57,787 nucleotides of DNA from an uncultured cyanobacterium. GTDB taxonomy: Bacteria > Cyanobacteriota > Cyanobacteriia > Cyanobacteriales > Microcystaceae. The notes under the pieces are model-generated. The model searched no databases. It had not been told where the DNA came from and saw only the letters and a program-made list of their open reading frames with translations. Position 1 is the stretch's first letter, and the number at the start of each line of letters is the position of its first letter. The stretch is taken from positions 1 to 57,787 of the forward strand of contig CAWEDJ010000102.1 in the NCBI GenBank assembly GCA_963807635.1, given 5' to 3'. Positions 1 through 11,380 of this stretch are shown one piece after another. Made by a program: the position numbers and the translations under genes.

Positions 1-198
1 CTAACGAGATTTTCCTCTAGATCAACCCCTAAATCGCGCTCAATCGAAATTTCTGTTTCATCAACAACTTTATCCTCAGTCATCAAGGGGGAGCGATCGA
101 CAAATCCGTTTCCGATGGATTAACTGCCTGGGACGGCTGGCAATTGCCAGAAAACACACCGTCGCTTTTACTAACAATAAAGAATGATAATTTTTCAT
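1..198 (-). CDS. pilQ: Probable 5' end of type IV pilus secretin (PilQ), frame-disrupted, runs off window
   Basis: ATG at 198 with GGAG upstream and a signal-peptide-like N-terminus. Position directly after pilO matches the cyanobacterial pilMNOQ order. The call rests on synteny only. Confidence 0.4.
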
Positions 199-269
199 AA
201 AACGCACTCCTCTTACTCTTTCAAGTCAAATAATGGAATAAATATAAATTAGGGGCAAATCAAAAGTTT

Positions 270-1072
270 TTATTTCGGTGGTGGTGAAGCACCAGGAGCG
301 GGCTGTCCCTCTGGAGTTGTACCAGCAGGGGGTGGGGGTGGGGCTAAAGCCGCTATTTCTTCGGGAGTTAGAGGAATCAGGACATCCAAAGTCATAGAAG
401 TTTTTAAACCATCATTTTTGTCCGAAACTACCGTTGCTTTTCCGTTGTCCTTAACCACTGTCACATCAAAATTGGGTTCCGCGAGATCCGTCTTAAGATT
501 TTTGATCAGAATCAAGGGTTGTAATCGCTCCAAATCCCGAATGAGATTATGCGTATCCCCAAAAGCTCCCTCAAATGCCACCTGAAAACTTTGACGCTTG
601 AGTTTATTTTTGACCGCAGGCCCCAAAGAATCATCCCCAACCACAACAGGATCGCCCTGGGGTAAAAAACTTTCTAGTTTTACATTGCGAGCAACAAAAA
701 ACTTACTGATGTCTAACAAAAACGTTTTCAGGTCACTAGGACTCGCATACAAAGATAAAACCTGAGCTTTACGACTTTCTGTTTGCTTGAGTTTGGATTC
801 GGCTTCTACTAACTTGCGATCCAATTGGCCAGACTTTTGCTGATCAACCATTTGTTGCTTAGTTGTCTCGTCTGCCTTAATTTTTTGGAGTTCATCCCAA
901 GCAGGCAGAAAAAAGGTAGAAAGTACGTAACCCGCACCGACCAAGCCCAATACACCCAGGGCAATACCTGTGATTTGGGGAGTAAAGGTAATCCCAAAGC
1001 CGTCGGATAGCCCCCACCTGTTTCAAACTCTTCTGTCTGCGTATTAAATTCTTCAACATAGGTCGTCTTCAT
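270..1072 (-). CDS. pilO: Type IV pilus assembly protein PilO (split by one frameshift near 990)
   Basis: ORFs 809-1072 and 270-950 join into an N-terminal TM segment, a coiled coil and the 'FEGAFGDTHNLIRDLERLQPLILIKNL' PilO motif. Follows pilN. Confidence 0.8.
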
Positions 1073-1956
1073 GGTTTTTTCTCTCCTGGTGTGGGGGCGG
1101 GGGCAGTTTGAGGGCTACCTTCGGGAGGAGGGGTTCCTGGTGGGGCGGGTGAAACGATGGGATCGGTGGGTTTTTGAGAGGACATAATCCCTTTTTGCTC
1201 CAGAATTTTAAAGCGAGTCACCAGACCGATCGCGCCTTTACGAGTCAGTTCGCTCATTAATTCATTATCGGGCGTATCACTCAACTCAGTGGTAATCGTA
1301 TATTTAACCCCTGTTGGAACGGTGACAGTTGGCCCTGCTGGTTTATCTCCTGCCCCTGATGCTGGTTGTTTAGGGGCTGTTGCTCCTCCACCGCTATCAG
1401 TTTCAACTCCTGTAATCGGTAAAGGATTCGCCGTTGCAGTGACCAGTTTCGTGTTATCTGCCTTAAAAAATCGAGAATTTTGTAAAGTCAGCAAAAAGTC
1501 ATTGAGATCTGCGTAATTTCGCGAAAATCCTGTCAGCGTTAAGACGTGATCGGCTTGCTGAATACCACTAATTTGTACGGTGGCAGGAGTCTGATCCGTT
1601 AAATCCTGCAAAATGGCAGACCAAGGCTTAATTTGATTAAAAACTCCGACTAAACCCGCAATATCATCATCAATAGTCTTGATTTTGCCTTCTATTTCTT
1701 GAATCTTTTTATTTTGGGCATTGAGTTTAGCGAGTTCTGCTTCGAGCGTTTGAATATTTGCCTGGGCTTGCTCCTTTTGCCAACCTACAAATAATAAAGA
1801 CAAGCCCGCTAATAGGGGCAAAACCACCATCACCCCCGCTCCGATATAGATCGGTAATTGTTGCTGGAGAGAAGGGCCGTCCGCCGTAGCAGCCACCGTA
1901 GGGCCTTTGAGTTCTAGGTTTCGGTCTGTAAGAAAGTTAACGTCTAAGCTATACAT
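1069..1956 (-). CDS. pilN: Type IV pilus assembly protein PilN
   Basis: MYSLDVNFL start with the PilM-binding INF-like motif, TM helix, coiled coil, 'KPWSAILQDL', 'NDFLLTLQNS'. Confidence 0.9.
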   Translation of the reverse strand: MYSLDVNFLTDRNLELKGPTVAATADGPSLQQQLPIYIGAGVMVVLPLLAGLSLLFVGWQKEQAQANIQTLEAELAKLNAQNKKIQEIEGKIKTIDDDIAGLVGVFNQIKPWSAILQDLTDQTPATVQISGIQQADHVLTLTGFSRNYADLNDFLLTLQNSRFFKADNTKLVTATANPLPITGVETDSGGGATAPKQPASGAGDKPAGPTVTVPTGVKYTITTELSDTPDNELMSELTRKGAIGLVTRFKILEQKGIMSSQKPTDPIVSPAPPGTPPPEGSPQTAPAPTPGEKKP

Positions 1957-2005
1957 GGGGCATCATAAATATCAAATGGCTATAGTTTGTCGAAATCCGC
2001 CTGAA

Positions 2006-3145
2006 CTAAACCTCTCGTAATCCTAGACCTAGAACGGTTCCGAGGCTTGAGCGTTCCACATTGGAAAAAGTCTGATCGACATCGATCGCCAAAGAAGTAA
2101 TGGGATCAATCTGGAGAGCGGGAATACTGAATCGTTGGGTCAGATACTCATCTAATTGAGCTAAACCACCTCCAGGCCCCGCCAGTAGCAACTGGACAAC
2201 CTCTAAATCTTCACTTTGATTTAAGTAAAAATTGATAGAGCGACGCAGTTCATCGGTTAATTCTCCCAAAACCCGCATTAAAGCACTCATCCCAGGGTTG
2301 ATTGCTGTCCCCTGGGTACTCAGGGTATCAAATTGAGTGACAGGAATGGTCATCCCCTGCAAAATTTCAGGACTACGGGATGGGGGTAAATTCATGGCCC
2401 TAGATAGGGCATTTTGCATTTGAAAAGTACCGATGGGAACCGTCCGTGAAAATTGGGGAACCCCATCGACCACGATCGCAATTTCCGTATTATCAAACTC
2501 CACATCCACCAGAACAACGGCTTCCTTGGAACCAAATTGGCGTAATTGTTCCCTAATTGTCCTAATGAGGGCAAAGCTATTAATTTCTAAGACATCAACC
2601 TCTAAACCCGCCTGTTGGAAAGTATCCAAATAGGAATCCGTCACCTCCCGACGAGTCGCCACCAATAAAACCTGAACTTTTTCAATTCCATCATCATCTT
2701 CAAAAAAACCTAATTTTTGGTAATCCAAATCGACTTCTTCCCTCGGATAGGGCAAATAGAGGGCCGCTTCATGATTTAAGACCATATCCCGTAATTCTTG
2801 CTCATTTAATTCGGCGGGAACAGGAATAATCCGAATAATCGCCTCCCGCATAGGAACGGCTGTGGCAACTCGTTTGGCAGTAATTTTATGCTCTTTAAAT
2901 AATTCTTGGATCAACTCAGCCAGGGTAGGAGAATCGATAATTTTGCCTTCCTCGAAAATCCCTTCTGGCACATCTGTGGTACAGAATTTTCCTAACTTAT
3001 AGCCCTGGGCTTGCTTAGATAGTTGTACTAAGTTAAGTCGCTCAGGGGTAATCTCTAACCCGACTCCCTGGCTTTTTCTACCCAGAAGACTCGACAAATT
3101 TAAACTCTTTAAACTTTTGAAACGACTCAACATATTTTTAAGCAA
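2006..3145 (-). CDS. pilM: Type IV pilus assembly protein PilM (actin-like)
   Basis: GLEITPERLN, LYLPYPREEVDLDY, LLVATRRE and LLLAGPGG motifs. First gene of pilMNO. Confidence 0.93.
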   Translation of the reverse strand: MLKNMLSRFKSLKSLNLSSLLGRKSQGVGLEITPERLNLVQLSKQAQGYKLGKFCTTDVPEGIFEEGKIIDSPTLAELIQELFKEHKITAKRVATAVPMREAIIRIIPVPAELNEQELRDMVLNHEAALYLPYPREEVDLDYQKLGFFEDDDGIEKVQVLLVATRREVTDSYLDTFQQAGLEVDVLEINSFALIRTIREQLRQFGSKEAVVLVDVEFDNTEIAIVVDGVPQFSRTVPIGTFQMQNALSRAMNLPPSRSPEILQGMTIPVTQFDTLSTQGTAINPGMSALMRVLGELTDELRRSINFYLNQSEDLEVVQLLLAGPGGGLAQLDEYLTQRFSIPALQIDPITSLAIDVDQTFSNVERSSLGTVLGLGLREV

Positions 3146-3454
3146 TTAAGACTTATTTAATAGAGCAACCGAGGAAAAAGCAGAACGTAAGAGAACCCTA
3201 ACTTATCCTATCCAATTCAGGTATAATGTCAAGCAAAAATTAAATTTTTGTATTATTTATAGAATTTTCCATCATTTTTTATCAATTTCTAAAATTAGTT
3301 CTATCCTAAAAAGTATTTAGTAGATTATTGAACCGTGAAATTACGGTAATTTATCATCTTTATTTTTTATCTTTTGACTATCCTCGATTTAGGGGGGAAA
3401 TCGCGATCGCCTACCAAAGATTTGTCAACAGCTTAAACAGAAGGGGTAAACGAC

Positions 3455-4189
3455 ATGAAAGATCTCGCACCGTATTATCGCATCCTGGGTTTAGAACTAG
3501 GCGCGTCTCTAGAAGAGATTAATCAGGCCTATCGAGACTTAGCGTTTATTTGGCATCCCGATCGCATTCCATCAGGGAATGAAAGACTATTGGAAAAAGC
3601 GATCGCCCGCCTCAAGGACATCAACCATGCCCGTGACCAATTACGTCAAGCTCAAATCCATTCCGCCACTGCACCGTCTGAACCTAAAACTGAGCCAAAA
3701 ACCAAACCTAAAACCGAGCAAAAATCAGATAAAACCAATACTTCGAGTCATTCTTCTCGATCTAATCCTCCCAATCCCCCCAAGCCTCCCAATCCTCCAG
3801 AGCCATCGGTGCAACGGCCTTTTCATCGGGATCTCAGTGGGGCAGATTTTCGGGGGGCTAACTTAAGGGAAAAGGATTTTTCAGGGCGAAAATTAATCCA
3901 AGCTGATTTAAGTCATGCCGATCTGAGTGATAGTTTTTTACATAAGGTCAACCTCGAAGCCGCTAATTTATTTGGGGCTAATTTGTTTAGGGCGAATCTT
4001 CTGGGAGCGAATCTTAGAAAAGCCGACCTACGGGAAGTGAATTTAATCGGTGCGGACTTGAGTGGAGCCGATCTTAGCGAGGCGGATTTGCGGGGAGCCA
4101 AGATGATGGCAGGCAATCGTCTGATGGTTAAATTAACAGCGACAATTTTGACGGGAACCATATTACCCGACGGGACAATCCACCAATAA
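3455..4189 (+). CDS. DnaJ-domain plus pentapeptide-repeat protein
   Basis: J-domain with WHPD, Pro-rich linker, C-terminal A(D/N)LxG repeats. Confidence 0.9.
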   Translation: MKDLAPYYRILGLELGASLEEINQAYRDLAFIWHPDRIPSGNERLLEKAIARLKDINHARDQLRQAQIHSATAPSEPKTEPKTKPKTEQKSDKTNTSSHSSRSNPPNPPKPPNPPEPSVQRPFHRDLSGADFRGANLREKDFSGRKLIQADLSHADLSDSFLHKVNLEAANLFGANLFRANLLGANLRKADLREVNLIGADLSGADLSEADLRGAKMMAGNRLMVKLTATILTGTILPDGTIHQ

Positions 4190-4196
4190 TCATTGC

Positions 4197-4737
4197 TCAA
4201 ACCTCATTATTTTGGGCTGATTGGGCGTAATCGGGATTGATTTGGGTGAAAAGATGGTGTAATTCGGGCAGAATCAGGTTTTCTAAAGCTAGTTTGACGG
4301 CATTCGATGAGCCAGGCAGGGAAAAAATGAGCTTATTTCGATAAACTCCTGCGACGGCACGGGAAGCGATCGCCCTGAGAACCAATTTCTTGATAACAGA
4401 GAAAGCGAAAAATTTCCCCAAAACCAGGTAACGTTTTTTCCAATAAACCCGCGATCACATCAAAGGTGGTATCCCTGGGGGCAATACCCGTACCACCGTT
4501 TAAAATAATCACTGCCAGATTGGGATCAAGACTCAGTTGTTCTACCTGCGATCGAATTAGCTCAGGATCATCTTTTAAAATCTGGTAAGAATCAACAATA
4601 TGGTCTATATGATTGAGATATTGACCAATTAATTGACCACTACGGTCTGAATCGAGGTCACGGGTGTCACTAACCGTAATAATGGCACAATGTAGGTGAA
4701 TGCGGGCGGTATCAGGATGGGGAAGGGCAGTCATCAT
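4197..4737 (-). CDS. moaB: MogA/MoaB family molybdenum cofactor biosynthesis protein (frameshift near 4378)
   Basis: IITVSDTR, NGGTGIAPRDTT, LPGFGEIFR, then in another frame ASRAVAG and FSLPGSSNAVKLA. Confidence 0.85.
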
Positions 4738-5296
4738 TTTTCTAACTCTAGCTATTAAAGCGAGGGACATTGTGATAGTCAGCAAAAAAGTAGTGGACAC
4801 TTTTTAAATTGATTTTAACACCCTAAAAAAACATTAAAAATCCCAAAAAAGAGCCGACAATTGAATAGAATTGGTTACTTGATTCGCTAAAGACTAGCAT
4901 ACCTCTTTAGATAGATCTTCTCTGAAAAATGGTGGAGAGCCGTTCCCTTTCGTTCGGCAATTTCACCAGCTAAACCCTTACATAATAAGCCTTTATAAGG
5001 GATTATGAAAGTAGTCACTCTACTGGCAAATTCAATCTAAATTCCTTAGAAAGAATTGCCAGATGCCCGACAAATGACAACTGACGATTATTTGGCTTCT
5101 TCCCTAGCTGATTATTTTTTCCTAAACCGTTGAACCTTTCAGAAATTGTCATCGTCTAAAGGAATAGGTTATTATGGGAGCAAGTCAAAGTCGTATCGAC
5201 TTCGGTTTTATGGTTTGTGTATTGATTTCAATCATTTCTGGGAAAACTCAAAGTACAGTGACAGACTTTCTGCTGGTTTAAGGAGTCAACTCGCCA

Positions 5297-6284
5297 ATGC
5301 CCACCGCTAATCTCAACAAAACTACTAAACAGCCTCTCTATTCGGCGGATATGGTTCGTACTTATCTGCACGAAATTGGACGGGTTCCCTTACTCACGCA
5401 TGAGCAAGAAATTGTCTATGGCAAGCAAGTTCAAAAGATGATGCCATTAATTGAACAACGCGATCGCCTAGCTGAAAATCTTGGAGAGGGAACCTAGTCC
5501 GCTCGAATGGATGAACTCGGTAAAACTTAACGCCGAAGAATTTAATCGTATTCTTCAATTTGGTAATCGGGCTAAGAAAAAGATGATCGAGGCCGATCTC
5601 CGCCTGGTCGTTGCGATCGCCAAAAAGTATCAGAAGCGCAACATGGAATTTTTGGATCTGATCCAAGAAGGAAGTCTGGGACTAGAACGAGGTGTAGAAA
5701 AATTTGATCCCACCAAGGGTTATAAATTTTCGACCTATGCCTACTGGTGGATTCGTCAAGCCATTACCAGAGCGATCGCGCAACAATCGCGAACCATCCG
5801 CTTACCCATCCACATCACCGAAAAACTGAATAAAATCAAAAAAACTCAGCGAGAACTGGCTCAAAAACTGGGACGGAATGCCACACCCGCCGAAATTGCC
5901 CAGATCCTAGAAATTGAACCTTCCCAAATTCGGGAATACCTGAGTATGGCCCGCCAACCCATTTCCCTCGATGTCCGAGTGGGAGATAATCAGGATACGG
6001 AGTTATCCGAATTATTAGAAGATGACGGCATTTCCCCTGATCTTTATATTACCCAGGAGTTAATGCGTCAGGATTTACACAGTTTATTGTCGGAACTCAC
6101 TCCCCAACAACAAACCGTCCTCACCCTGCGTTTTGGTTTAGACGATGGTAAAGAACTTTCCCTGGCAAAAATCGGACAAAGACTCAATATCAGCCGAGAA
6201 CGAGTGCGCCAACTAGAACACCAAGCCCTAGCCCACCTGCGGAGACGACGTTCTAATGTGGAAGAGTATATTGCTGCCAGTTAG
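5297..6284 (+). CDS. sigB: Group 2 RNA polymerase sigma-70 factor, SigB-like (frameshift near 5489)
   Basis: Region 1.2 [18 protein letters not shown], region 2 [11 protein letters not shown] and [18 protein letters not shown], region 4 SRERVRQLE. Confidence 0.85.
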
Positions 6285-6340
6285 GTGCTTTTGAAGTCTG
6301 AATAACTTTGAGCCAGAAATTTAATTTTTTACAACTATCC

Positions 6341-6369
6341 AGAGGTAAGATTTTCTACCTCTTTTTTTT
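6341..6369 (+). terminator. Intrinsic terminator after sigma factor gene
   Basis: AGAGGTA-N8-TACCTCT hairpin followed by a T run. Confidence 0.65.
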
Positions 6370-6553
6370 GTGATATTGATGGGGAGTAATCTTGCTTTTT
6401 GAAAAAGGAAGGGATTTAGTCTCTAAGTCCTACTCTATGAATTTAGAAACCAAACCCCTACAAAAATTTCAAGCTGTTTTCAGCGATCGCACTTGATCTT
6501 AACTCTGATGAAACGCGATCGCGTTCTAACTGGTTCTTAGATTATGAAAGAAC

Positions 6554-7816
6554 TTAGGAAGCAATGCCAGACAAGGGACGGGCAAAAGCTTCTTTTAATA
6601 AAGCCGCCTTATCCGTTTGTTCCCAAGGAAGATCTAAATCAGTCCGACCAAAGTGACCATAGGCCGCAAAATCTTGGTAGAAACGTCCCCCCCGTTCTGC
6701 AGGTAAACCTCGAAGATTAAAGGTTTGAATAATTCCAGCAGGGCGCAATTCAAACAACTTATTAACGATTTCCAGTAATTCATCTTCGTTAACCTTTCCT
6801 GTACCAAAGGTTTCTAACATCACACTAACGGGACGGGCAACCCCGATCGCGTAACTGACCTGGACTTCGCATTTATCAGCTAATCCCGCCGCCACAATAT
6901 TTTTAGCCACATAACGAGCGGCATAGGCTGCCGAACGGTCAACTTTCGTGGGATCTTTACCAGAGAAAGCACCGCCGCCATGACGAGAATAACCGCCATA
7001 GGTATCCACAATAATTTTGCGTCCCGTTAATCCAGCATCTCCTTGGGGGCCACCGATCACAAATTTTCCAGTAGGATTGACTAGAAAACGGGTATCAGCA
7101 TCAGGTTTCAATTCAATATCAGCAAAAACAGGGAGGACTACCGATTCCCAAAGATCGGCTTTAATTTTAGCTTGAACTTCAGCATTATCCTTAATATCAC
7201 CGATAAATTCATCGTGCTGAGTGGAAATTAGAATCGTATCAATCCCAACGGGTTTACCATCTTCATAGGCGACAGAAACCTGGGTTTTGCCATCGGGACG
7301 GAGGTAGGGAACATCGCCTGTTTTGCGGACTGCGGCCAAACGACGGGAAATACGATGGGCCAAGCTGATGGGCAAGGGCATCAATTCCGGGGTTTCATTA
7401 CAGGCAAACCCAAACATTAAGCCTTGGTCTCCCGCACCAATTTTGTCCAGTTCGTCATCACTCAGGGCCTGACGCTGTTCCTGGGCCGCCGTGACCCCTT
7501 GGGAAATATCAGGAGATTGCTCATCCAGGGCGACGAGAACTGCACAACTATTAGCCGAAAAGCCATTATCTGCATCGGTGTAACCAATTTCTGCAATTTT
7601 TTTGCGGGCGAGATCGACAAAATTAACCGTTGCTTTGGAAGTGATTTCTCCCGTAATTAGCACCAATCCTGTGTTGACGACGACTTCGGCGGCCACTCGA
7701 CTAGCGGGATCTTGGGCTAACAGGGCATCAATAATAGTGTCAGAGATCTGGTCACAGACTTTATCGGGATGGCCCTCCGTGACGGACTCTGAGGTAAATA
7801 AATAGCGTTTAGACAA
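6554..7816 (-). CDS. metK: S-adenosylmethionine synthetase
   Basis: [35 protein letters not shown]. Likely TTG start at 7816 with AGAGG upstream. Confidence 0.97.
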   Translation of the reverse strand: MSKRYLFTSESVTEGHPDKVCDQISDTIIDALLAQDPASRVAAEVVVNTGLVLITGEITSKATVNFVDLARKKIAEIGYTDADNGFSANSCAVLVALDEQSPDISQGVTAAQEQRQALSDDELDKIGAGDQGLMFGFACNETPELMPLPISLAHRISRRLAAVRKTGDVPYLRPDGKTQVSVAYEDGKPVGIDTILISTQHDEFIGDIKDNAEVQAKIKADLWESVVLPVFADIELKPDADTRFLVNPTGKFVIGGPQGDAGLTGRKIIVDTYGGYSRHGGGAFSGKDPTKVDRSAAYAARYVAKNIVAAGLADKCEVQVSYAIGVARPVSVMLETFGTGKVNEDELLEIVNKLFELRPAGIIQTFNLRGLPAERGGRFYQDFAAYGHFGRTDLDLPWEQTDKAALLKEAFARPLSGIAS

Positions 7817-8203
7817 CTTTCTTAAATCCTCTCTGCAAAAAACTGGACACAAGTTAACATAAATTAACCACTCATAATACACTTATTTCTTCCTAATGGG
7901 GATCAGTAAGGTTTTTTTTTGATTTTTCTGACGCAATCAGTCGTATCGATAGGGGGCTAATGGGTTGGCGATCGCGTATTCTCAATCATTTCAGCACTTA
8001 GGGCTTCTGCTCGCCTTTTCTAGTTAATATGAGAGATTTTTGCTCAAAATTGACGTAAATTCTTGATTAAAGGAATTTTTCAGAAAATATTCTGACATTA
8101 AACTCTATTGGGATAACGCTTTTGAATAGAGTGTCGGTCTGAGAATGCTTTAAAATGGAATGATGGGCAACTAAACGCTTTTTAGTTTCAATCAAGATAA
8201 CTC

Positions 8204-9253
8204 ATGCAAGGATTATTTAAAGGGATTTGGCAGTGGATTAAACGGTTTTTCGGGCAGTTTATCGGAGGCAGTGGAAGTTTGTCCCCTTCCCAAGGAAGAA
8301 AACTTCAGCAAAATCAAGAGGTTGTTGCGCTCACCGATACGGATTATGAATTTTTGTTTAATCAGTTGCTAGAAGGTATTGCTCACGGTTGGCACGAAGG
8401 GAGAGTTCTAAAGTTTTTTGATCAACTCCAGGAACGGGGGAAAACCAAACCCTGGGTAAGTTGGTTAGAGCGGTTTGGCGAAAAAGTGTTAGCGTCTCCT
8501 GCCCCGAATTTACCCCTGGCCACTCGGATGATGCGTTTCGGAGAATTAGCCCAGTCCTTTCCTAAACTTGAACCCATCGGTCATCAAGCCTATCTTATTG
8601 GGCGACAACTCTATGCACGGGAAACGGCTGAAAATGAAGTTTGGGAATATTCTGGCCCCGATGTAGAACTCACGGATATTGATTCTCTGGAATTTTCTGC
8701 TGAAGAGTCTAATGGTCAACAGGTAAATACCTATACCGTCGAAGAATTAACCGCCCAATTACAGACCGATCGCGCCTTAGCCGTCAGTTTAGCTGAGCAA
8801 TTAGGTTTAGACTCCCCTGATGCGACGGCCATTATCACTGCCTTGATGAAACAGTTTAGTGAAGTTAAAGAGGATCTTAGTAATCAACCCCTACCCGAAA
8901 CGGCAGATGGTTGGTTAGATAGAGGACTCCAACAGGCGAATATTGGGGATTTAGACGGTGCGATCGCCAGTTGGGATGAAGCGTTGACCCTGGAACCCGA
9001 TTTAGCAGAAGCTTGGCAACATCGGGGGGGAGCGTTGGGCAATTTAGGCCGTTTAGAGGAAGCGATCGCAGCTTTTGAGAAAGTTTTATTGTTAAATCCA
9101 GAAAATCAGCAAGCCTGGTTTAGTCGGGGACTGGTGTTAGAAGCCCTCGGAAAAATGGAAGAGGCGATCGGCAGTTATCAAAAAACCCTAGAACTTGATC
9201 CGACTTTTGAAGGTGTCCAGGAAAGAATCGACCATTTATTATCGGCTCGTTAA
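8204..9253 (+). CDS. Tetratricopeptide repeat protein
   Basis: Three C-terminal TPR units (W..RG..L..LGR.EEAI..FEK.L.L.P). Confidence 0.85.
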   Translation: MQGLFKGIWQWIKRFFGQFIGGSGSLSPSQGRKLQQNQEVVALTDTDYEFLFNQLLEGIAHGWHEGRVLKFFDQLQERGKTKPWVSWLERFGEKVLASPAPNLPLATRMMRFGELAQSFPKLEPIGHQAYLIGRQLYARETAENEVWEYSGPDVELTDIDSLEFSAEESNGQQVNTYTVEELTAQLQTDRALAVSLAEQLGLDSPDATAIITALMKQFSEVKEDLSNQPLPETADGWLDRGLQQANIGDLDGAIASWDEALTLEPDLAEAWQHRGGALGNLGRLEEAIAAFEKVLLLNPENQQAWFSRGLVLEALGKMEEAIGSYQKTLELDPTFEGVQERIDHLLSAR

Positions 9254-9275
9254 TTACTAATATCTGGATTTTCCC

Positions 9276-9298
9276 GTAGGGGCGTAAGCCTTACGCCC
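9276..9298 (+). repeat. GTAG-type REP palindrome
   Basis: GTAG followed by a GGGCGTAA-GCC-TTACGCCC perfect 8-bp stem, between convergent genes. A related copy is at 50535. Confidence 0.6.
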
Positions 9299-9315
9299 AA
9301 TAGCATTCTTGAAGA

Positions 9316-10635
9316 TTAAGCCTGGCTCAAGCGATGATAAGACGTCGTTAAACCCTGGGCATCTCCCACATTTCCTGGAAACAAAACAACGGGCAAATTA
9401 GGAAATAAAGGATGATTTTTGGCAGTTGTAATCATCGAGCAACCTGGTAAAATTTGTCCTAATAAACGGGCTGAACGCAGACTTAAACCCGTACTTAAAA
9501 CATCGTTGGAAGTAATGCCACCTTTACTGATTAAAAAGCTAATATCTTTGGGTAATTGTTGAACAATACTCATCAATAAAGCTGAAACAGCAACCCCAAA
9601 ATCTAAACGTTCTTGAATCGTGTTAAAAGCCAATTCCTGACGACTAGTATAGATGACAGGAGTTTTATTGTCTGCTCGAATAATGTCAATTTTATCCAGA
9701 GCTTCTGTTAATAACTGATGGCGTTGCTCAGGGAAATCTCGGAGGCGAGTCACATCAATTTCAATGCCGACAACTCCCGATTCTTTTAATAAATTATTTA
9801 ATTGCTCAGTGGTCTTTTTGACATGGGAACCAACTAAAATAACGCCCGTTTTATCGGTTGGTTTATATTCTCCCATTAATTCAGGGGCTAGGGGTTGTTT
9901 TCCTAATTGGGCAAGGGATGTTAAAATGCTGGCTGCACTGCGAAATAAGAAATGTTTTCCCTGGTCTGCGGCAGCTAAAATATCTTGGGCAAATTGGTCT
10001 AAATCTGTCTGGGTTTCACCATCCACTACGCCACATTGATTGTCTTTTAACTCCAAGAGTTCGGGTAAACAACCTTTACGAATATCATTTAATAAAAATC
10101 GTTTAACTTGAGCAGATTTTATTTTGCCCTTGGTTTTTTCTTCCACATAATCAGGTAAATAACTGTGGTGATAACCAAACACTGAATCCTTAGCAAATTC
10201 GGTTTCATGAACGGGGGTTGGAGTGCCATCAATCATTAGATAATGAATGCTATCACGGGTTACTCGACCTCCTTCAAAAAAGGCGGGAATTAAAAAATGG
10301 GCATCAAAGCTTCCGAGTTCTTCGGCGATCGCGTCGGTTTCGATGGGGTAATGGCCGCGTAGGGTAGAGTCAGAACGACTAACGATCAAAAATTCCTGAA
10401 TATTTTCTGCGGCCAAAGCCAGTTTGAGATTCCGACAAACTTCACGAGTTATTTCGGTTGCTTTTTCTGGGGTTAAAGCCCTGGTATTCGTCAAAACAAA
10501 GAAAATCGGAACCTCATCCCGCAATCCCAAGCGTAGGGTTTCCACATCCCACTGCATTAACAAAAGGCAACTATGAACAGTCTGGGAACCAGTTGGGTCA
10601 TCATCCAAGACGATAATCTTTGTTTGAGAATTCAT
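9316..10635 (-). CDS. Four-carbon acid sugar kinase family protein (DUF1537)
   Basis: VLDDDPTG, SRSDSTLRGH, VGSHV, KGGITS, FPGNVG motifs. Confidence 0.9.
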   Translation of the reverse strand: MNSQTKIIVLDDDPTGSQTVHSCLLLMQWDVETLRLGLRDEVPIFFVLTNTRALTPEKATEITREVCRNLKLALAAENIQEFLIVSRSDSTLRGHYPIETDAIAEELGSFDAHFLIPAFFEGGRVTRDSIHYLMIDGTPTPVHETEFAKDSVFGYHHSYLPDYVEEKTKGKIKSAQVKRFLLNDIRKGCLPELLELKDNQCGVVDGETQTDLDQFAQDILAAADQGKHFLFRSAASILTSLAQLGKQPLAPELMGEYKPTDKTGVILVGSHVKKTTEQLNNLLKESGVVGIEIDVTRLRDFPEQRHQLLTEALDKIDIIRADNKTPVIYTSRQELAFNTIQERLDFGVAVSALLMSIVQQLPKDISFLISKGGITSNDVLSTGLSLRSARLLGQILPGCSMITTAKNHPLFPNLPVVLFPGNVGDAQGLTTSYHRLSQA

Positions 10636-10731
10636 CGGTTATAGTAAGAAAAATTTTTGACCCAGATAAAAGGGTTTGCTTTCTATTATTTCATGTTTGA
10701 TGGGCGGAAAAGATTTTGTTTATCTTCTAAA

Positions 10732-11379
10732 ATGAGGTTAATCATCACTCAGATTGAGGATAATCTTCTGACTCTTAACGCGATCGCCGTTCCACCCAGC
10801 AGTGGGAACCCCCCAGACCATATCCTGGTTTTATTGCACGGTTGGGGAGCCGATGCCAATGATTTAGCCCCCCTAGCCCAAGTCTTTGATCTACCCAATT
10901 ATCAGTGTCTATTCCCTAACGCTCCCTTTCCTCACCCAGAAGTGCCATCAGGATTAGCCTGGTACGCTTTAGAAACCCCCGATTATTACGGATTAACCGA
11001 AAGTCGTCAACAACTTAAGGATTGGCTATTGTCCCTAGAAGATCAAACAGGCGTTCCTCTTTCTCGCACAGTTTTAGGGGGATTTTCCCAGGGAGGAGCC
11101 ATGACCCTAGATGTGGGACTCGAATTACCCCTAGCAGGACTGTTTAGTTTGAGTGGCTATTTACACTTTCAGCCCCATCCTCTGACAACACCAATTCCGC
11201 CGATCCTAATGGTTCACGGAAAACAAGATTTTGTTGTCCCCATCGAAGCCGCCCGACAAACTCGCGATGCCCTAAATAGAATCAATGCCAAGATAGAGTA
11301 CCACGAATTCAATATGGGCCACGAAATCCCCCAAATTGTCCTCAATTTAGTTGAAAAATTTATCAAACAGTTGAACTAA
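10732..11379 (+). CDS. Alpha/beta hydrolase (phospholipase/carboxylesterase)
   Basis: LHGWG, GFSQG nucleophile elbow, HG..D.VVP, MGHEI. Start uncertain. Confidence 0.88.
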   Translation: MRLIITQIEDNLLTLNAIAVPPSSGNPPDHILVLLHGWGADANDLAPLAQVFDLPNYQCLFPNAPFPHPEVPSGLAWYALETPDYYGLTESRQQLKDWLLSLEDQTGVPLSRTVLGGFSQGGAMTLDVGLELPLAGLFSLSGYLHFQPHPLTTPIPPILMVHGKQDFVVPIEAARQTRDALNRINAKIEYHEFNMGHEIPQIVLNLVEKFIKQLN

Positions 11380-11380
11380 C

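Noticed and set aside
3728..3810. Short repeats in the DnaJ-pentapeptide gene
   Set aside because: Ordinary low-complexity Pro/Lys linker coding sequence, not an array.
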